Positions 37,789 through 51,471 of a DNA stretch of 64,000 nucleotides are shown piece after piece (the first letter of the stretch is position 1; every line of letters begins with the position of its first letter). The stretch lies in assembly GCF_021869535.1 (NCBI RefSeq), contig NW_026262668.1, positions 74,028,001-74,092,000 on the forward strand, written 5' to 3'. The position numbers were made by a program, and so were the translations under genes. Below the pieces are notes generated by a model. The model was given only the letters and a program-made list of their open reading frames with translations, was not told the DNA's origin and searched no databases. The stretch comes from Mytilus californianus (Eukaryota).

Positions 37789-39444
37789 ACGTTGCGCACG
37801 ATGTTGGTACTACTAAGCGTTACACGACGTTCCGCATAATGAAGCGATTTCGACTATTTCAAAGAACGTTTCAAGCGTTCAAGCTTATAATTGATGAGGT
37901 CATTTTACTGTTGTGAATTTGGTAACCGATTTCGGTTGTCTGAAAATGCATAGTTTAACAAATAAAACTCAAAGTGGTGGTAAACATATTTTTTTAAATG
38001 AAAATTCATTTATAGGAGTTGTCAGTCTTTCCAGGCCATAATTGATCATTTTACTTTTGGCAGCAGTTCGCATTAATGAATCATACATTAATTTTCAATT
38101 TTATACATATTTCTTTTTAATATAAATTAGATTTTGATCTTATTTTCCCTTTTTAATGCATGTTTATACATACTCCTTTTGTTGCATTTCTTTCCGTTTC
38201 CGTTTCCTTTATATATTTTATCATTTCCCGATGCTTTCTTTGTCGCAAAATTTCTAGGTAGTTTAACATTTTGGATTCATGTTTTTCTCATTTCCGTATT
38301 TTTGTGGCATTATGCATATCCTTTGTTTTGTTGTAATAGCCAGCAATGGTTTTACTCTATTTTATTTTATTAACAAAAAAAATATGCATGTTGCTTTTGA
38401 TGATTTAAAACTTGCAGATAGACAACGCTCCTTGAATAAAACAAATGTCATGAATGTGCTGAAAAAAAACTAAGATCCCGATATCTTTTATATCAATCTC
38501 ATTTGGTGAACATTTGAATTTAAACTTAAACTTTTTCTTTATCATACATTGGTTATATTATAACTTATATTTTTATTTTCATTCGAATTAAACTGGAAAC
38601 AAATGTAATTGTGATATAAAATTAAAAACACGAGCATGACATCAACTACGTTTTGCGAACGTTGGGACAAAACGGCTATACTTTTTGAAACGATATAAAC
38701 ATCTTGTTGCCTATCGAAAAAATATTAAACACTATATTGTTTAAAAAGAAAAAGAAAAAGACTTTTACCGTCAAGTTTTATTTTCTTTGATCTAACTATG
38801 CTTATTTAATATACAGCCAGTTTAAACCTCAAAGTAAAGAAAATACAGCGCTTTTTTCGTTGGGACAAGATGGCTATACTTTTTGAAGTCATTGCAATAG
38901 AAACTATACGCATGGTTTCCGGCAAAAAAATATCATGAACCAGGAGAAAAGTAAAAAAAACCTTCAAAATATCATAAATATTTTTCCTCTCAGCTTTTCC
39001 AATTTCACGGTATACAAACCCGATATATGCTTACCCTGCATATGCTTGGACATTTTTCAGACCGTTTTCAAAAATAACATTTTCCAGTTTACGGTTTCAG
39101 TGATATTGATTTTGCTTTAACACGTTAATAACAATAACAATAGCAATACTCTTGTGAAGTTTTACGATGGTCAGAAAAAAAATACTGTAGGAAAGAAACG
39201 GAACTCCGATCTTTTGCACACAAAATGTAACGTTGGACATTACGTTTTTGCGTAAAAATGGGATAATTAAGTGTTATAATTCATGATATTTTAAATTTCG
39301 GTTCCTTTTTTTCTTTATTTTCAAGTCTAATGTAATAAATTAAACCAAAAATCACTATATTTTTATCGAACTGACCAGTCTACGTATTTATTTTCATGCT
39401 AATCTATAGCAAAATGGAATTCGTACCAATAACGTGCGCAACGT
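37789..39444. mobile_element. Non-autonomous TIR DNA transposon, 1656 bp
   Basis: Perfect 12-bp TIR ACGTTGCGCACG/CGTGCGCAACGT, extending imperfectly to ~22 bp, flanked by CACTG..CACTG. The empty site GATACTACTGCTGTTGG is present in unit 1 at ~29341. No ORF. Confidence 0.9.
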
Positions 39445-39806
39445 CACTGCTGTTGGACTGCAAGTCCCCGAGAGTATCATCAGTTCAGTAGCCATTCCTT
39501 CGGTTCTGACGTTATTCATAAGATATTTTTTCTGAAATTCCCCGTTGGTAAATTAAGGAATTACTAAAGAACTAAAGTTCCAATTCCTTCCGGTAAAGTT
39601 TTGCTGCTCTGAATTTGGCTATTTTTTATATGTCCATTTGGTTATAATAGCTTCTAACATGTCTACGTAGAAATACATCACTAGCTTTCAAATGTTTTGC
39701 TTTGAGCGTTTCTGATGAAAGCAAATCAAGAAAAGTGGTTCAGACGCACGAAATTTATGAAGTGTCATAATTTCTTCCCTCGTATTTTGGTGAATGCTTG
39801 CATCTA

Positions 39807-40186
39807 ATATATTCAAGTGAACTTGAGATTAAGAATACAACCAAAAATAGAAGGACACCTTCATATCTTGATGTTTCCACGATATTGACACAGATGGACG
39901 ACTTAAAACTAGATTCTATGACTAATGTGATGGTTTTAACTTTTTAATTGTCGACTTTCCATTTCCAAGCATTAACATACCCTCAGTAACTAATGGCGTT
40001 TACATATTTAATTGATGCATTACGCTCGTGCATGTTCATACTATACGGACGCAATTGACAAGCTCCTTACAAAATACTGCTCAAACAGAGTTATAAGGAA
40101 AACCGATTCAACTCAACAATAAATAGGTTTTACAGTCACAATAACGAATCGGTTGACCCTTACGATATGCCTTTGTCTCAACTCAC
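39807..40186 (+). mobile_element. Penelope-like RT fragment (duplicate of 29708-30087)
   Basis: Same sequence within duplication unit 2. Confidence 0.75.
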
Positions 40187-41109
40187 TAGCAACAACTTTT
40201 CGCAGTCCTAGATCTTCAGATACCAGAATAACGTCTTGACATTTTGACTGGGTGTAGATTCGCAGGTGACGGGTGCAGTGGGTCCTGACGAGCGATTCAG
40301 ACGCAAGAGTTTTTTTTTTATACAGTGTTGCTTCCATTTTGTCGACTCTTGTATTTATATTTCATAAAAATAAAAAAGATGTGGTATGATTGCTAATGCA
40401 ATAACTCTCCACAAGAGAAAGAAATAGAAAATTAATATAATGGAATATGTATACAGCTCTCCCACCAGCAAAAAACCCTAACTGCAAAATATAAGGGCAT
40501 ACACTACAGGCACTTTATTTGTACTTTATCGAGAAAGTGTACACTATATACGGTATGTACTATCAACTACAAAAACTACTATTCTTTTCTATTCGTTTTT
40601 TTTGAAATACCCGATATTTTATTTTATTTTAAACTCTTAAATATGATAAGTTTAAATGACAAAAAAGTATTTATTTTACGTAGTTGGGATAATTTTTATC
40701 TGATGAAATTAATCACTCTTTCTCTCAGGGAATATTAATGACAAAAAAGGAACTTTATTAAAAAACAAATTGATGAATATGAAGACATGTAAATATATTT
40801 TGTCATTTTCACTTTCCAATTTGCCTTCTGTTGTAAACATATTTGAATTTCTTAGATTCGCATTTTTTAGATTCGCACTAATGATAGTTCGATCTAAATG
40901 AGTATAAGGTCTTTTCTGAAAAATCCGTTTACCAATCATTGACTATTGGTTTTGTTTAGGTTTTCGCACTCCAGTGTATAAACTGATAACTATATATCAA
41001 TAAACTATATCTTTCACTCTAACGTACAATTACAATAAGTAAGAGGATAGATAATGAATTGATATATATATTAATAAATAAATAATTACTACTGGTCGTT
41101 ATTTTTCAG

Positions 41110-41755
41110 ACAAAGATGTCGTTCTTTTGTCGATTCATGTAAAAACTAAATGCTAAAGAAATTTAAAAAGACGAAATGGTAGGGCTAAACAGTTTCAACT
41201 TTTTAGCATTAGACGACTGTACATGCGGGCCTTCCATACCTCTTGGTTTTGTTTTTTTCCAAGCCTTTAAATCGTGGTTTGGTATACAGCCACTTATGCC
41301 AACAATAATGAGGGAACTCAAACTTTCAAACAGAGATGTTGCGAACTCTGGTATAGCTAGCATAGCTGCTACCATTGGTTTATGTATCATTTTTGGACCA
41401 CTTTGTGATAAATTTGGACCAAGCTAAATCATGTCTTCTTTACTGTTTACAGGGTCTATAACCATGGCTCTTACAGAGTTAATAAAACAAGGGGCAGTAC
41501 TTATTGTTTTACGTCCTTTTACTGGTGTTCTTGGAGGAGCCTATGTCCCCTGTCAGTTTTGAACCAGCATAATGTTCAACTCTAAAATTGTTGGAACCGC
41601 CAACTCCCTTTTTGGTAGATGGGAAAATCTTGGTGAAGGATTTACTTTCCTGCTAATGCCGGCTATATTTCAATTGGTCAAGTTGGCAGGGGAAGATGAA
41701 TTTCTTGCTTGGAAAATAGCAGTTATAATACCTGCTCTAATCTGTTGAATTGCAG
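41110..41755 (+). pseudogene. NRT2 pseudogene fragment C (complete first coding exon)
   Basis: Full-length homolog of exon 20236-19591 (roughly 85-90% identity by eye), with intact TTTCAG acceptor and GCAG|GTAAGA donor and flanking intron homology. TAA at codon 9, further stops and frameshifts; GLRII changed to GLCII and GGWGNLGGG to GRWENLGEG. Confidence 0.95.
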
Positions 41756-44570
41756 GTAAGACTAATTGAATTGCTTATACTTGATGAACTCTAGTCTGTA
41801 GTCATAATGAAAAATAGGTAGTAAATTTTCAATTGGCAAAACCCCCTTCAATCACAATATAGGATATATAATAATGACAAATGTAAATAGAATTATCAAT
41901 ACAATAAAAAAGGAAAAGAAGAACAATGAGCATAACCCATACAGCATAGCAGGCTATAAAAGCCCCGACATAACAAGTGTACAACAATTTAAACGGGAAA
42001 ACTAACGGCCTGATTTGTGTTCAAATGTATCTTATTTTTTACCGATGTCCGTTTGTTTGGTGTAAATTTTATGAGTTTTCCTATGCTGCTCGCAAAGAAA
42101 AGCATCTTTCATCATTCAAGTTGTTTCATGTTTTAACATTCTTTTAGTTTGATAAATATATGTAGAGGCGGATTGAAGCGACGAGAAAAAAAATGTGCGA
42201 TTTTGCATATTTTGTCAGTTTCAATTCTTAAAAGTAATATTTGTCTGACAAAACGGCATTAACTCAGATCTATTTTGGTCAAAACTATATGTTTTACTAC
42301 TGATCGTAACGTTGTTCTCTTTCTAACATGTACCCAAATAGATAAAGTGAAAGAATGGAAAATTTGACGCCTTTATGATACTGTTGATTCATTTATCTTC
42401 GTGGGTATCAGTTTTCATGGATAGAGAAAAAAAAAGACATTTCGAAGGATACGGAAATTTGTGGATCGCTGTTTCAAAAAATTAAAAAAAAAGTTTCAAA
42501 TACGTAAATTTGTGGATCTCTGTTTGAATAATAATAAACTAATAAACAAAAGTTAGAAATTCATTGAAAGTGTTTTGAATTGTCAAAATCCTCGATTGGT
42601 CATTCGAGGATAAAGTGTTCATTTAAAACTTCGATTACAAGGGTGGACAAAGGCTACTAATTATTTCTTTATTTTACAATTTAAAATTTCTTGTCGGAAT
42701 TTTATAAGGTATTTGAAGCCCTTTGATGTGCAACTGATTGAAAGTTGTTTTCCCTAATCACGACATTAAACGCGGTCATTAGAAAACTATCAAATTAAGA
42801 AACAGCCGTATGATGTTTGCAGCCCAAGCTGGAACCCAAGTCATAAAACAATGATACAATTTACTCATCTCGCGGTTATGTTATATATACTCATTGGAAC
42901 AGGTAAACGGCTGTTTTAATTATAAATTTTTAAGTTACATGTCGGATATAGTTAATTCACTTTTCATATTGGTGAACGATTTTGAAATTAAAATTTTATC
43001 TGTATTATGTTTGATATGTACCGTTAAATGTCTCCCAAGGATTATAATCGAATCGATTACAAGTGTACATCACGCTGGGTTCATGTGCAAGTAAATTATA
43101 ATTCTGATAAAATGTTGTTTTTGTCCAGATAAAAAAAAAACATGCTTGAATGACAATAAAGCGAATTATTGTATGAAAAGCAATTTGTGTCCTCCGATCT
43201 CCTTGTTTTAACATTTTGGTTGAGTAAAATTTTATTTCGAAAAATGTCGTTTTTGTCCAGAATAAACAAAAATACATGCTTAAACGAAAATAAATCGGAA
43301 TATTATTTGAAAAGCAATTTGTGTCCTGCATTCTCCTTTTAAAATTTTGTTACGAAAACATGTCGTTTTCTCCAGAACTATTAAAATTAAAGTAAACAAA
43401 AATGTTTCAACGACAATTTATCGAAATTTTATTTGAAAAGCAATGTGTATCCTACTTGAACTACCTAATTAAAAGTTTGTTGATAAAAAAATTTCAGTCA
43501 AAGGTGTGAAAATAAATGTTCCTGTCATAAAAAATATGACCTACAGGCAATATCCCGTACTTAATCCTATTGATATTTAATCACCATTAAACCAATTATG
43601 TCACGGTAATTGGGCACAGATGTGCAATTCATTTCAGGTAGGCGGTAATGGTAGCCTTTTCTCAATTCCTCTGCTCATATCGTAATCTTGGATATGTATG
43701 ATGACTTGTTTCGAAGCTGAGACATTTTCACATATGTGGTTAAATTTTCGGGGTACGAAGTGAGATTCGTTTTTCCGTAAATTAGCACACCCCGAAAATC
43801 CTTTCGTGATGCGGCTCCTCGAGGTAAAAATCCCTTTTTTCACACAACAACTTCTTTGAAAATTCAGTTCTTTGCATACTCCATAGTGTTTACACATTTA
43901 TTATATGGTCCTCTGCTCTCCAAATCAGTACGAATGGCTAAGCTCAGTCACTTGTTAAAAATTGAAACATGTCCAATATCACTACACAGAGATTTTTTGT
44001 GTTCCTCAATTTGAGACGCATTAGGGATATTGACCCATATTGGAATCCATAGTTCTGATTTTTCCAAATATTCTTATGTGATCTTCTTTGGTATGACTTT
44101 CTGAATAAATCTGTGTATTGTTGTCCATTTCTGAAAGAAAATAAAGTTGTTTCAGCACTATAAGGCATTGACTCTTTTATCGCTCTATTTATTTATTCTG
44201 AATACAATGTGTTAGTATAATCGATTTCTTTCAGTATACCTTCACAGGTCACAATATGGATGAAACATCTGTGAAACATCTGATGACAACCTTCAATTAC
44301 AATATACAGACCCTGTTAAAGCATTTAGTAAAATTTTCTGATGTCTAAAAGGGCATTTTGACTGAGAAATTATGCAAAAATGTAGATTTTATCAAAAACC
44401 CTAATAAATACTTAATAATTTTTACCACTTGAAATCTGGTATTTTCAACCTTATAAACCACTCTAAACTGCTGTGAATGTCATACTTATCATATAATTAA
44501 AAGCGCAATGAAGTGCAAATTTTCAAAACTTGTCCTCTCCATAAGTCTATTTAAAAAAAGTATTTTTTTA

Positions 44571-44793
44571 CTGTGACTTGACTGTTAGTGTTGCTCTCCA
44601 TCTATTGCAATTTATTCAAAATTCTGACCAAATTGCAATTTGTTTTATAAAACCAAACTGTTCAACTGGTCAGAAATTTGAACAAACTATTCTATCCAGT
44701 TGAACAGTTTGGTTTTATAAAACAAATTGCAATTTGGTCAGAATTTGAATAAGTTGCAATAGGTTGAGAGCAACACTTACAGTCAAGTCACAG
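44571..44793. mobile_element. Fold-back MITE, 223 bp, TA TSD (Tc1/mariner-like target)
   Basis: Arms 44571-44669 and 44696-44793 are near-perfect reverse complements (CTGTGACTTGACTG..TTCAACTGG / CCAGTTGAA..CAGTCAAGTCACAG) around a 26-bp spacer. Flanked by TA. Empty site in unit 1 at ~33914. Confidence 0.9.
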
Positions 44794-47700
44794 TAAATGT
44801 ACTTCAGTGAAAACCTTTTAACAATGAGAAATGTACATTAGGTTTTTACTTCATCACACGTTTTATGATGTCATTAAATAACGACTGATTAAAATAATGC
44901 TAAGCACAGTTTGCAGTGTTACATAACGAACAGTTGTCTCAGGGTTTAACACTAAATGTTCAGTAACTAAGCATTTTTATATACATGTGTAATATCAAGA
45001 CCATAGCAACAGTTTTCATATCAGCATATTTTCAACATCCTGACTGTAATTTCAATTGCATAAATACCATAATTAAACAATTTAGAGCTTGGCTAATAAA
45101 ACAAAATGCTTACCAGTAATTCAGAACGTTTTAAAACCTCTAATTTGCCGTCTAAGTTTAAACTGGAATGATACGTCTTTAACTGAAATAAGACAAAAAA
45201 AAAATGATTCAGGTTGTGTTATCATTTCATTTAAATACAAACTGTATTATTAAGAGAATTCAAAATAGAATTTTTGTAAGTTTTATCACAAAGAAAGAGA
45301 GATACTTCTCCCTTGTGGATTCACAACATTCATTTTAACTTTTTTTATGAGGAGCAATCAGTAGTAGCTTCATATCTGAATAGGTGAAGCACTTTGTTTT
45401 TAAAAGGTTTGACCCTCCCACTTTTTCACTGAGAAAAGACACTATCTTGTGATTTGTTACTGTGCATTAAAATATAGCAATTCATGAATTTCTTAAAATA
45501 CGTTTGTCTGTTTATTTGCATGTTTTAGTGACCAGCTGCTAATTAATGGTCAAATTATTGGTGTAAAACAGATGTAACAAAACGAAAGCCAAGAAGGATC
45601 ATTCATATTTCAAAATTCAAAATACAGAATTAAAAATTCAAAATTGAAAATTTAAAATTCAAAATTGAAAATTTAAAATTCAAAATTCAAAATTCAGAAA
45701 TCCTACATTTAAACTTATATTTATGTTTCCCCGCACTAACGAAAGCCATACAACGAAGATTGCACTTTGATACTCTCCCAAAAGCTATGTTATAAAGTTG
45801 TTAGGAACACGAATCCCTTTAAAACAAGACGAAGGGTGCGTAAAACAGGGATGACTTCAACTTTACTATTCGAAACCCTTAATACGACAGCGTCCTTACA
45901 AGCAGCAACCCTCTATCACAACACAAGCACTGGAATGTTGTTTCGTATCGTATGTGATTGAACGAAAGATGAAATTTTTGTCATTTCTTATGGTAATTGA
46001 ATTAAAACATTTATAAAGTTAAGTGACTTTAAAGGATAAGAACAAATGATTAATTTTTTTTTCAAATTGCAATAAAGTCTTCGGGTCGCCCAGAATCGAT
46101 GAATATTAAAGAAAAGAATAAACAAAGCACAAAATTCATATAAAAATTTCGTAATACCATCATTTATAAAAGAATAGCATGTGCAAACTGTTCTAAAAAT
46201 TATACACTGTAAACGAACTCGGCAAGCCAAACCCATCGGTTATTGACCTCAATTTACTTGAGAATGCAGATCAGTCGCCAATAAGATGGCTAGTGAGGTG
46301 CAAAGATATGATATACTAGGAATATAATCATAAATATACGATATATAAAAAAAAAGGTTACAGCACGATTATTTTTTATATAAATATGTATACACTCATA
46401 CCACATCTTCTTATATCTATATACAAATATATTAGAAATAACCATGTGCATTTTATAAGATAATGTTGAACACAAGAAAGCTGTAAATCGTATCCTTTTT
46501 CTGTTTTTAAACAGTGACCCGGATTACCGCAACCATTACTGATGCTGCAAATTTTATTGCTAACGTGTGAAAGGTTAATGTCGTTGAAATGAGTGATTAC
46601 TCATAAAACTGATAACACGAAAAATGTACCAAATGTTGAAAATAACCAGAACAGCTTGTGATATATCCGTAAGACAAATTAATTTGAGAATTTGTACATG
46701 GAAATTAATAAAAATTTAAAATAATTAAATTTTAACAAAATGTGCTTCCCTTCTTTGAAGTGCTTTTTCAATATTCCAGAATTCAATATATAAAAAGAAT
46801 TGGGGTCTCAAATGCTATCAGTACCCCTGAACCAAAATGTATATGAAGAGCTCCTCTTTAAATTCTAATGAGGGAGGATCCCTAATCTTTTTCTTAATGA
46901 TCCTTATAAGAGCACGGAGGTCTATAATTAGAAAGGGGGAAAGGGGGGGGGGGGGTAGAGTACACAACAGATGTACGTTTTTACCGATTTTAGCAAGTGG
47001 GTGTTAGTCGTAATTGCAGATCTGTCGAGACCAAAGGACCGCTTTCGCCCAAATATTGCCTTAAATTTCAACTTTATGATAAATTATCAAAAAGATCACA
47101 ATTTCTTAATGCGAAATAATATTAAAGTACATAAGAAAATCGAAAATCAGCACATTTTAGATACACTGTGAAAAAAATATGATTTTGTGCATTTTTCAGA
47201 CCAAAAATCTTAACGAAAACATTGACCGCAGCATAAGATCAAGAAACTATGGAATAAATTGACCAACTAGTGTTACAACACGAATAATGCATGATTCAGG
47301 GGTTATAACTTCGTAATTTATAATGTGGTGTACCAAAAAGACATTGGTTTGTGAAAGTAGTTATATCACAAGTATTTCTATGTAAAATGTGCAGTATTCT
47401 GAAGAAAAATAAAAAATAAAATCTTAGGGCCAATTTAAACCCATCTCGAACCTCCTTTATCCGAAGTTTTCAATGTTGATAGCGATCTGCATTAGAGTAA
47501 AAAAAAAATAGATTGTTCGCTAAAATATGAAGCACAAAATTGAAACTAATATTACACACCCGCTTGCCTACATTATATCGTCTTCTAAAAAACACACAAA
47601 AAACACAAACTGATAAGCTTAATTATACAATCGACCAAAGAATCTACAGAATAAATGCCCATTAGCGAAAACAATGCGTAATTACATAATTTAAGTATGA

Positions 47701-49099
47701 AACATTCTACTGCATCAACATGTCATTAGCGACAAGTTCCGCTTATAAATTGAAGGAAAAAAACGAAAAAGAAAATGACAAGAAAACATTGGAGACCAAT
47801 AAAAGGTTCAATGATAAAATCCGGAAGAGGAAATAATAATATTTAGAAACATTGCAAACATTTTTCGCCCTTTACAAAGGCGATTTCAAGTTAAATTTTT
47901 CTTTTAAAAAAATAGAGGAAATTTTATAACACAATCAAATATATCATGTCATAATTATTTAAACACGTCCTCCTACAAATGAAGAAAATGTGTCTTTTCT
48001 GACAGCAAAATGATTGATTTCCTTTAATACAGCATGCAATTCTCATTTTTTCCCTGTGTGAATAATAAATACATCGCTACGGTCTCCATCGATCGGTCAC
48101 TTCAGTGGGGGCCTTGCATTTTTCGCATACACCTGCCTATTCTATGATTTTACAACGTTTAATTTTGGTTCTATACACCGAAAAGCAGACGCAATGCATT
48201 GGCGAATCCAGCGGTGGTGTTAACCCATTTATTTCGATTTTCTTTTATTATATACATTTGTTTTAGATTATGTGAACATTTCATTGTGTTCCGGGGGTTG
48301 GAATTCTCCCCCCTTCCCACCCGCTTTCCATCCTTTTCAAAATGGCTGGATCCGCGCCTGCAATATATTTTTGTGTTGTATGAAATGAGATGTTGCACAA
48401 TTTGCTACAGAAAGGTTCACCTTTAATCTAAATCGATACAAACAATTTTAATATATACCAGTTTTTGAGGGGGAGGAGGGGAGGGGACAGTTTGGTCAAG
48501 CCGAGTGTGCACTATTCTTCTGAAATAATAACCTCATTGCTGGGATGGGCATCTGGAATATGTACCAATCTAAGCTATGTAATATATGAAATAATTTTGT
48601 TTTAAATGAAATATATAATAAGCCCTGTTGATTTGCCTTTGACCTTAAAAAAGTTCAAAACCAAGAATCAGATCAGTTTAGAACTGTATACTTAAAGGTG
48701 ACCCGGTGAGATGAGGCAATTTTCAAACGTGACCTTGTGACTTAAGGCGGTAACCGAAAGGGGTCCCATTTTTGACTAAAATATGTTATTCATAAATTGT
48801 GAATTGTGCCTTGTAAGTATTTTTAGTATTTTAGTATTTTATCGCTCCATAACAGTCCATTTGTTCACTGAACGATTCACTGAGTGACTTAGGGAAAAAC
48901 GGGGGATGGTTCTTTCCTTTAAACAATTGTTCTCATCACAATTCGAAGAAAAACAAATTCTGATTAAGGAGAAGGAAAACAAAGTATCTGATTGAGAGTA
49001 ATTGCAGTAGAAAAAAAACTGGGGGTTTTGGACCACCTTAGCTTCATGTTAACCCCATGGGAGTGGATACCTATGTGTGTACCCTGAGCGGATACACAA

Positions 49100-51372
49100 T
49101 TGATGACATTATTTTGTGGACGCATGGTTGAAGAACAAGAAGAAATAAAGCAGAGATTCAAACTTTGTGAACCAATGAAGATGACTGGTAGAGATTAGCG
49201 AAATTTTAAACACGCCGTAAAATGTCATATATGTCACAAAGATCTTGGAGAAGAAACAGTCGGAGATCATTGTCACGTGACAGGAACATATAGAGGGGCG
49301 GCTCATAACGAATGTAACATCAATTATAAATTAACCGGTCGCATTCAAGTTGTATTTCATAACATAATGAGCTATGATAGTCTGATCATGCAAGCCATTG
49401 ATAAAATTCAAGGGAAACAACTGAAATGTATTCCCAGCATTATGGAGAATTATATTTCTTTTTTATTGGGATGCCTGGACTTTATTGACTCGTTTCAATT
49501 CATGTCTTTGTTTTTAGAAAAAAAACTTGTGGAGAATCTTGTCAACGAAGGTGCAACCAAATTCAAATAAATAAGACAACATTTTGGAGAAGAAAGAATT
49601 GAGTTGTTGTTACGAAAACAAATATACCCATACATACGAGTATTTTGATTCAGTAGAAAGATTTAAAGAGCTACAGCTTCCACCAAAGGAGGCCTTTTAT
49701 AGTTTCCTATCAGATTAGAAAATAACAGATGAAGATTCTGCACATGCAACGAGAGTGTGGAGGGAGTTTGGAATAAGAAACCTTGGAGAATATGAAGACC
49801 TATATGTTCTCACTGATAATCTTGCATTATCTGACGTCTTTGAAAATTTCAGAGAGATTTGCCTCAATTACTATGGACTGGATGCTGCTCATTTTTATAC
49901 ATCACCCAGTTTAGCCTGGCAAGCTGCTTTGAAAATGACAGGTGTCCATTTAGAACTTTTGACAGATGTAGGTATGCATTTGTTTATAGAGAAAGGCTTG
50001 AGAGGAGGGATATCAATGATAACACACCGACATGCTAAAGCAAACAACAATGTTGTACGACACCATGATCGTGATCAGTCAACTAGTCATGTAACTTATT
50101 TAGACGCCAATAACCTCTACGGATGGGCCATGTCTCAGCCACTCCCAGTGTCTGGTTTCCGGTGGTTGGACATCGACGAGATGAATAGACTAAATAGAGA
50201 TTCGATTGATGATAACAGCGAGAATGGCTACATCTTAGAAGTCGATATTGATTACCCGATAGAATTACACGATCTCCATAATGAATATCCTCTGGCTCCC
50301 GAAAGAATGAAGATAACAGAAGATATAATGTCACCAAATGCCTGGTCAATGAAGATAAAAAAAAACCTGCTGGAAGAACTTGAGTTGAAAGGAACTGCAA
50401 CAAAAAAAAATCTACAATCAAAAAGCAAATACGTGGTCAATAATAGAAACCTGAAGTATCTATCTCTAGGAATGGCACTAACAAATATTCATAGGGTCAT
50501 GGCATTTGAACAACGACCCTGGTTGAAAACCTACATCGATTTTAACACAGAGAAGAGAAAGCTTGCAAAAAACTAGTTTGAGAATGATTTCTTTTAACTC
50601 ATGAACAATGCAGTCTTTGGTAAAAATATGGAAAATCTGAGGAAAAGGATCGATATTCAATTGGTAAACAACCAATCGAAAACTCACCAACAAACCTGCA
50701 TTTTATGCCTTCAAAATTAAATATTCAATGAGGATTTGGCTACCGTGCATTTGTTAAAATAGAAGCTTTACCTAAACAGACCGATCTATGATGGATTTAG
50801 CATACTCAACATATCAAAAAATCTGATGTATGACTTTCATTATAATTATATGAAACACAAATACGGATCCAAAGCACAACTGTTATTTACATATACGGAC
50901 AGCTTATGCTATAACGTTTACACAGAAGATATTTATGCAGACATGTTACAAGACCGACACCTGTTTGATACATCAGAATATAATCAAAGACACCCACTAT
51001 TTAGTATCGACAATAAGAAAGTACTTGGTAAAATGAAAGACGAAGACCCTCGGAATTCCTATTGAAGAATCTGTCCGTCTTAAATCAAAGATGTATTCCC
51101 TAATGTACAAAGAAAACGGACAAATAAAAGAAAAGAAGACGGTGAAGGGGATTAAAAAGAGTGTTGTTAAACACCACACTAAGCATGAACACTATAAATA
51201 TTGCTTGCTTTAAAAAACATTGCATATGTCAACAATAAACCAGATGAGATCGTATAGCCTTCAGCTGTATAACATCACTATCAACAAACTTGGTCTCTCC
51301 CCATTTGATGATAAACGATACATTTTAGACGATGGTGTGAGTAGTCTTGCTTACGGTCATTGGAGAACATAA
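49100..51372 (+). pseudogene. Polinton/adintovirus-like protein-primed DNA polymerase B relic with endonuclease-VII-like Zn motif
   Basis: CHICHK..DHCHVTGTYRGAAHNECN; exonuclease VVFHN..YD and FIDSFQFM; YPY.EYFDS, LPPKEAFYS, YGLDAAHFYTSP; motif A YLDANNLYGWAMSQPLP; motif B F*LMNNAVFGKNMEN; motif C FTYTDSL (D to Y); C-terminus LSPFDDKRYILDDGVSSLAYGHWRT*. Multiple stops and frameshifts. Confidence 0.88.
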
Positions 51373-51471
51373 ATTGTCTTTCAGTAAACGAATCATCAAT
51401 TATCATTTGAACACTTACAGAAGACGAACGTGTTTAAAGAGCTCTACAAGATGAATAAAACATATATAGAT

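Larger units (their letters stand above)
35024..45913 (+). repeat. Tandem segmental duplication, unit 2 (~10.9 kb)
   Basis: Copy of 26738-35023 plus unit-specific insertions (37789-39444, 44571-44793) and segments missing from unit 1 (~36905-37030, ~40290-40405, ~41396-41805). Confidence 0.92.

Noticed and set aside
46930-46960. G-run / possible G-quadruplex (also ~48468-48487)
   Set aside because: Simple homopolymer-type tracts typical of repeat interiors; no positional link to a gene.
47195-47380. Acceptor-like TTTTCAG followed by coding-looking sequence
   Set aside because: Stops in all frames and no recognisable family; not the missing NRT2 middle exon.
48197-48360. Possible small MITE (CATTGGCGAATCCAGC ... 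GCTGGATCCGCGCCTG)
   Set aside because: TIRs are imperfect and there is no TSD; at most a degenerate common repeat.
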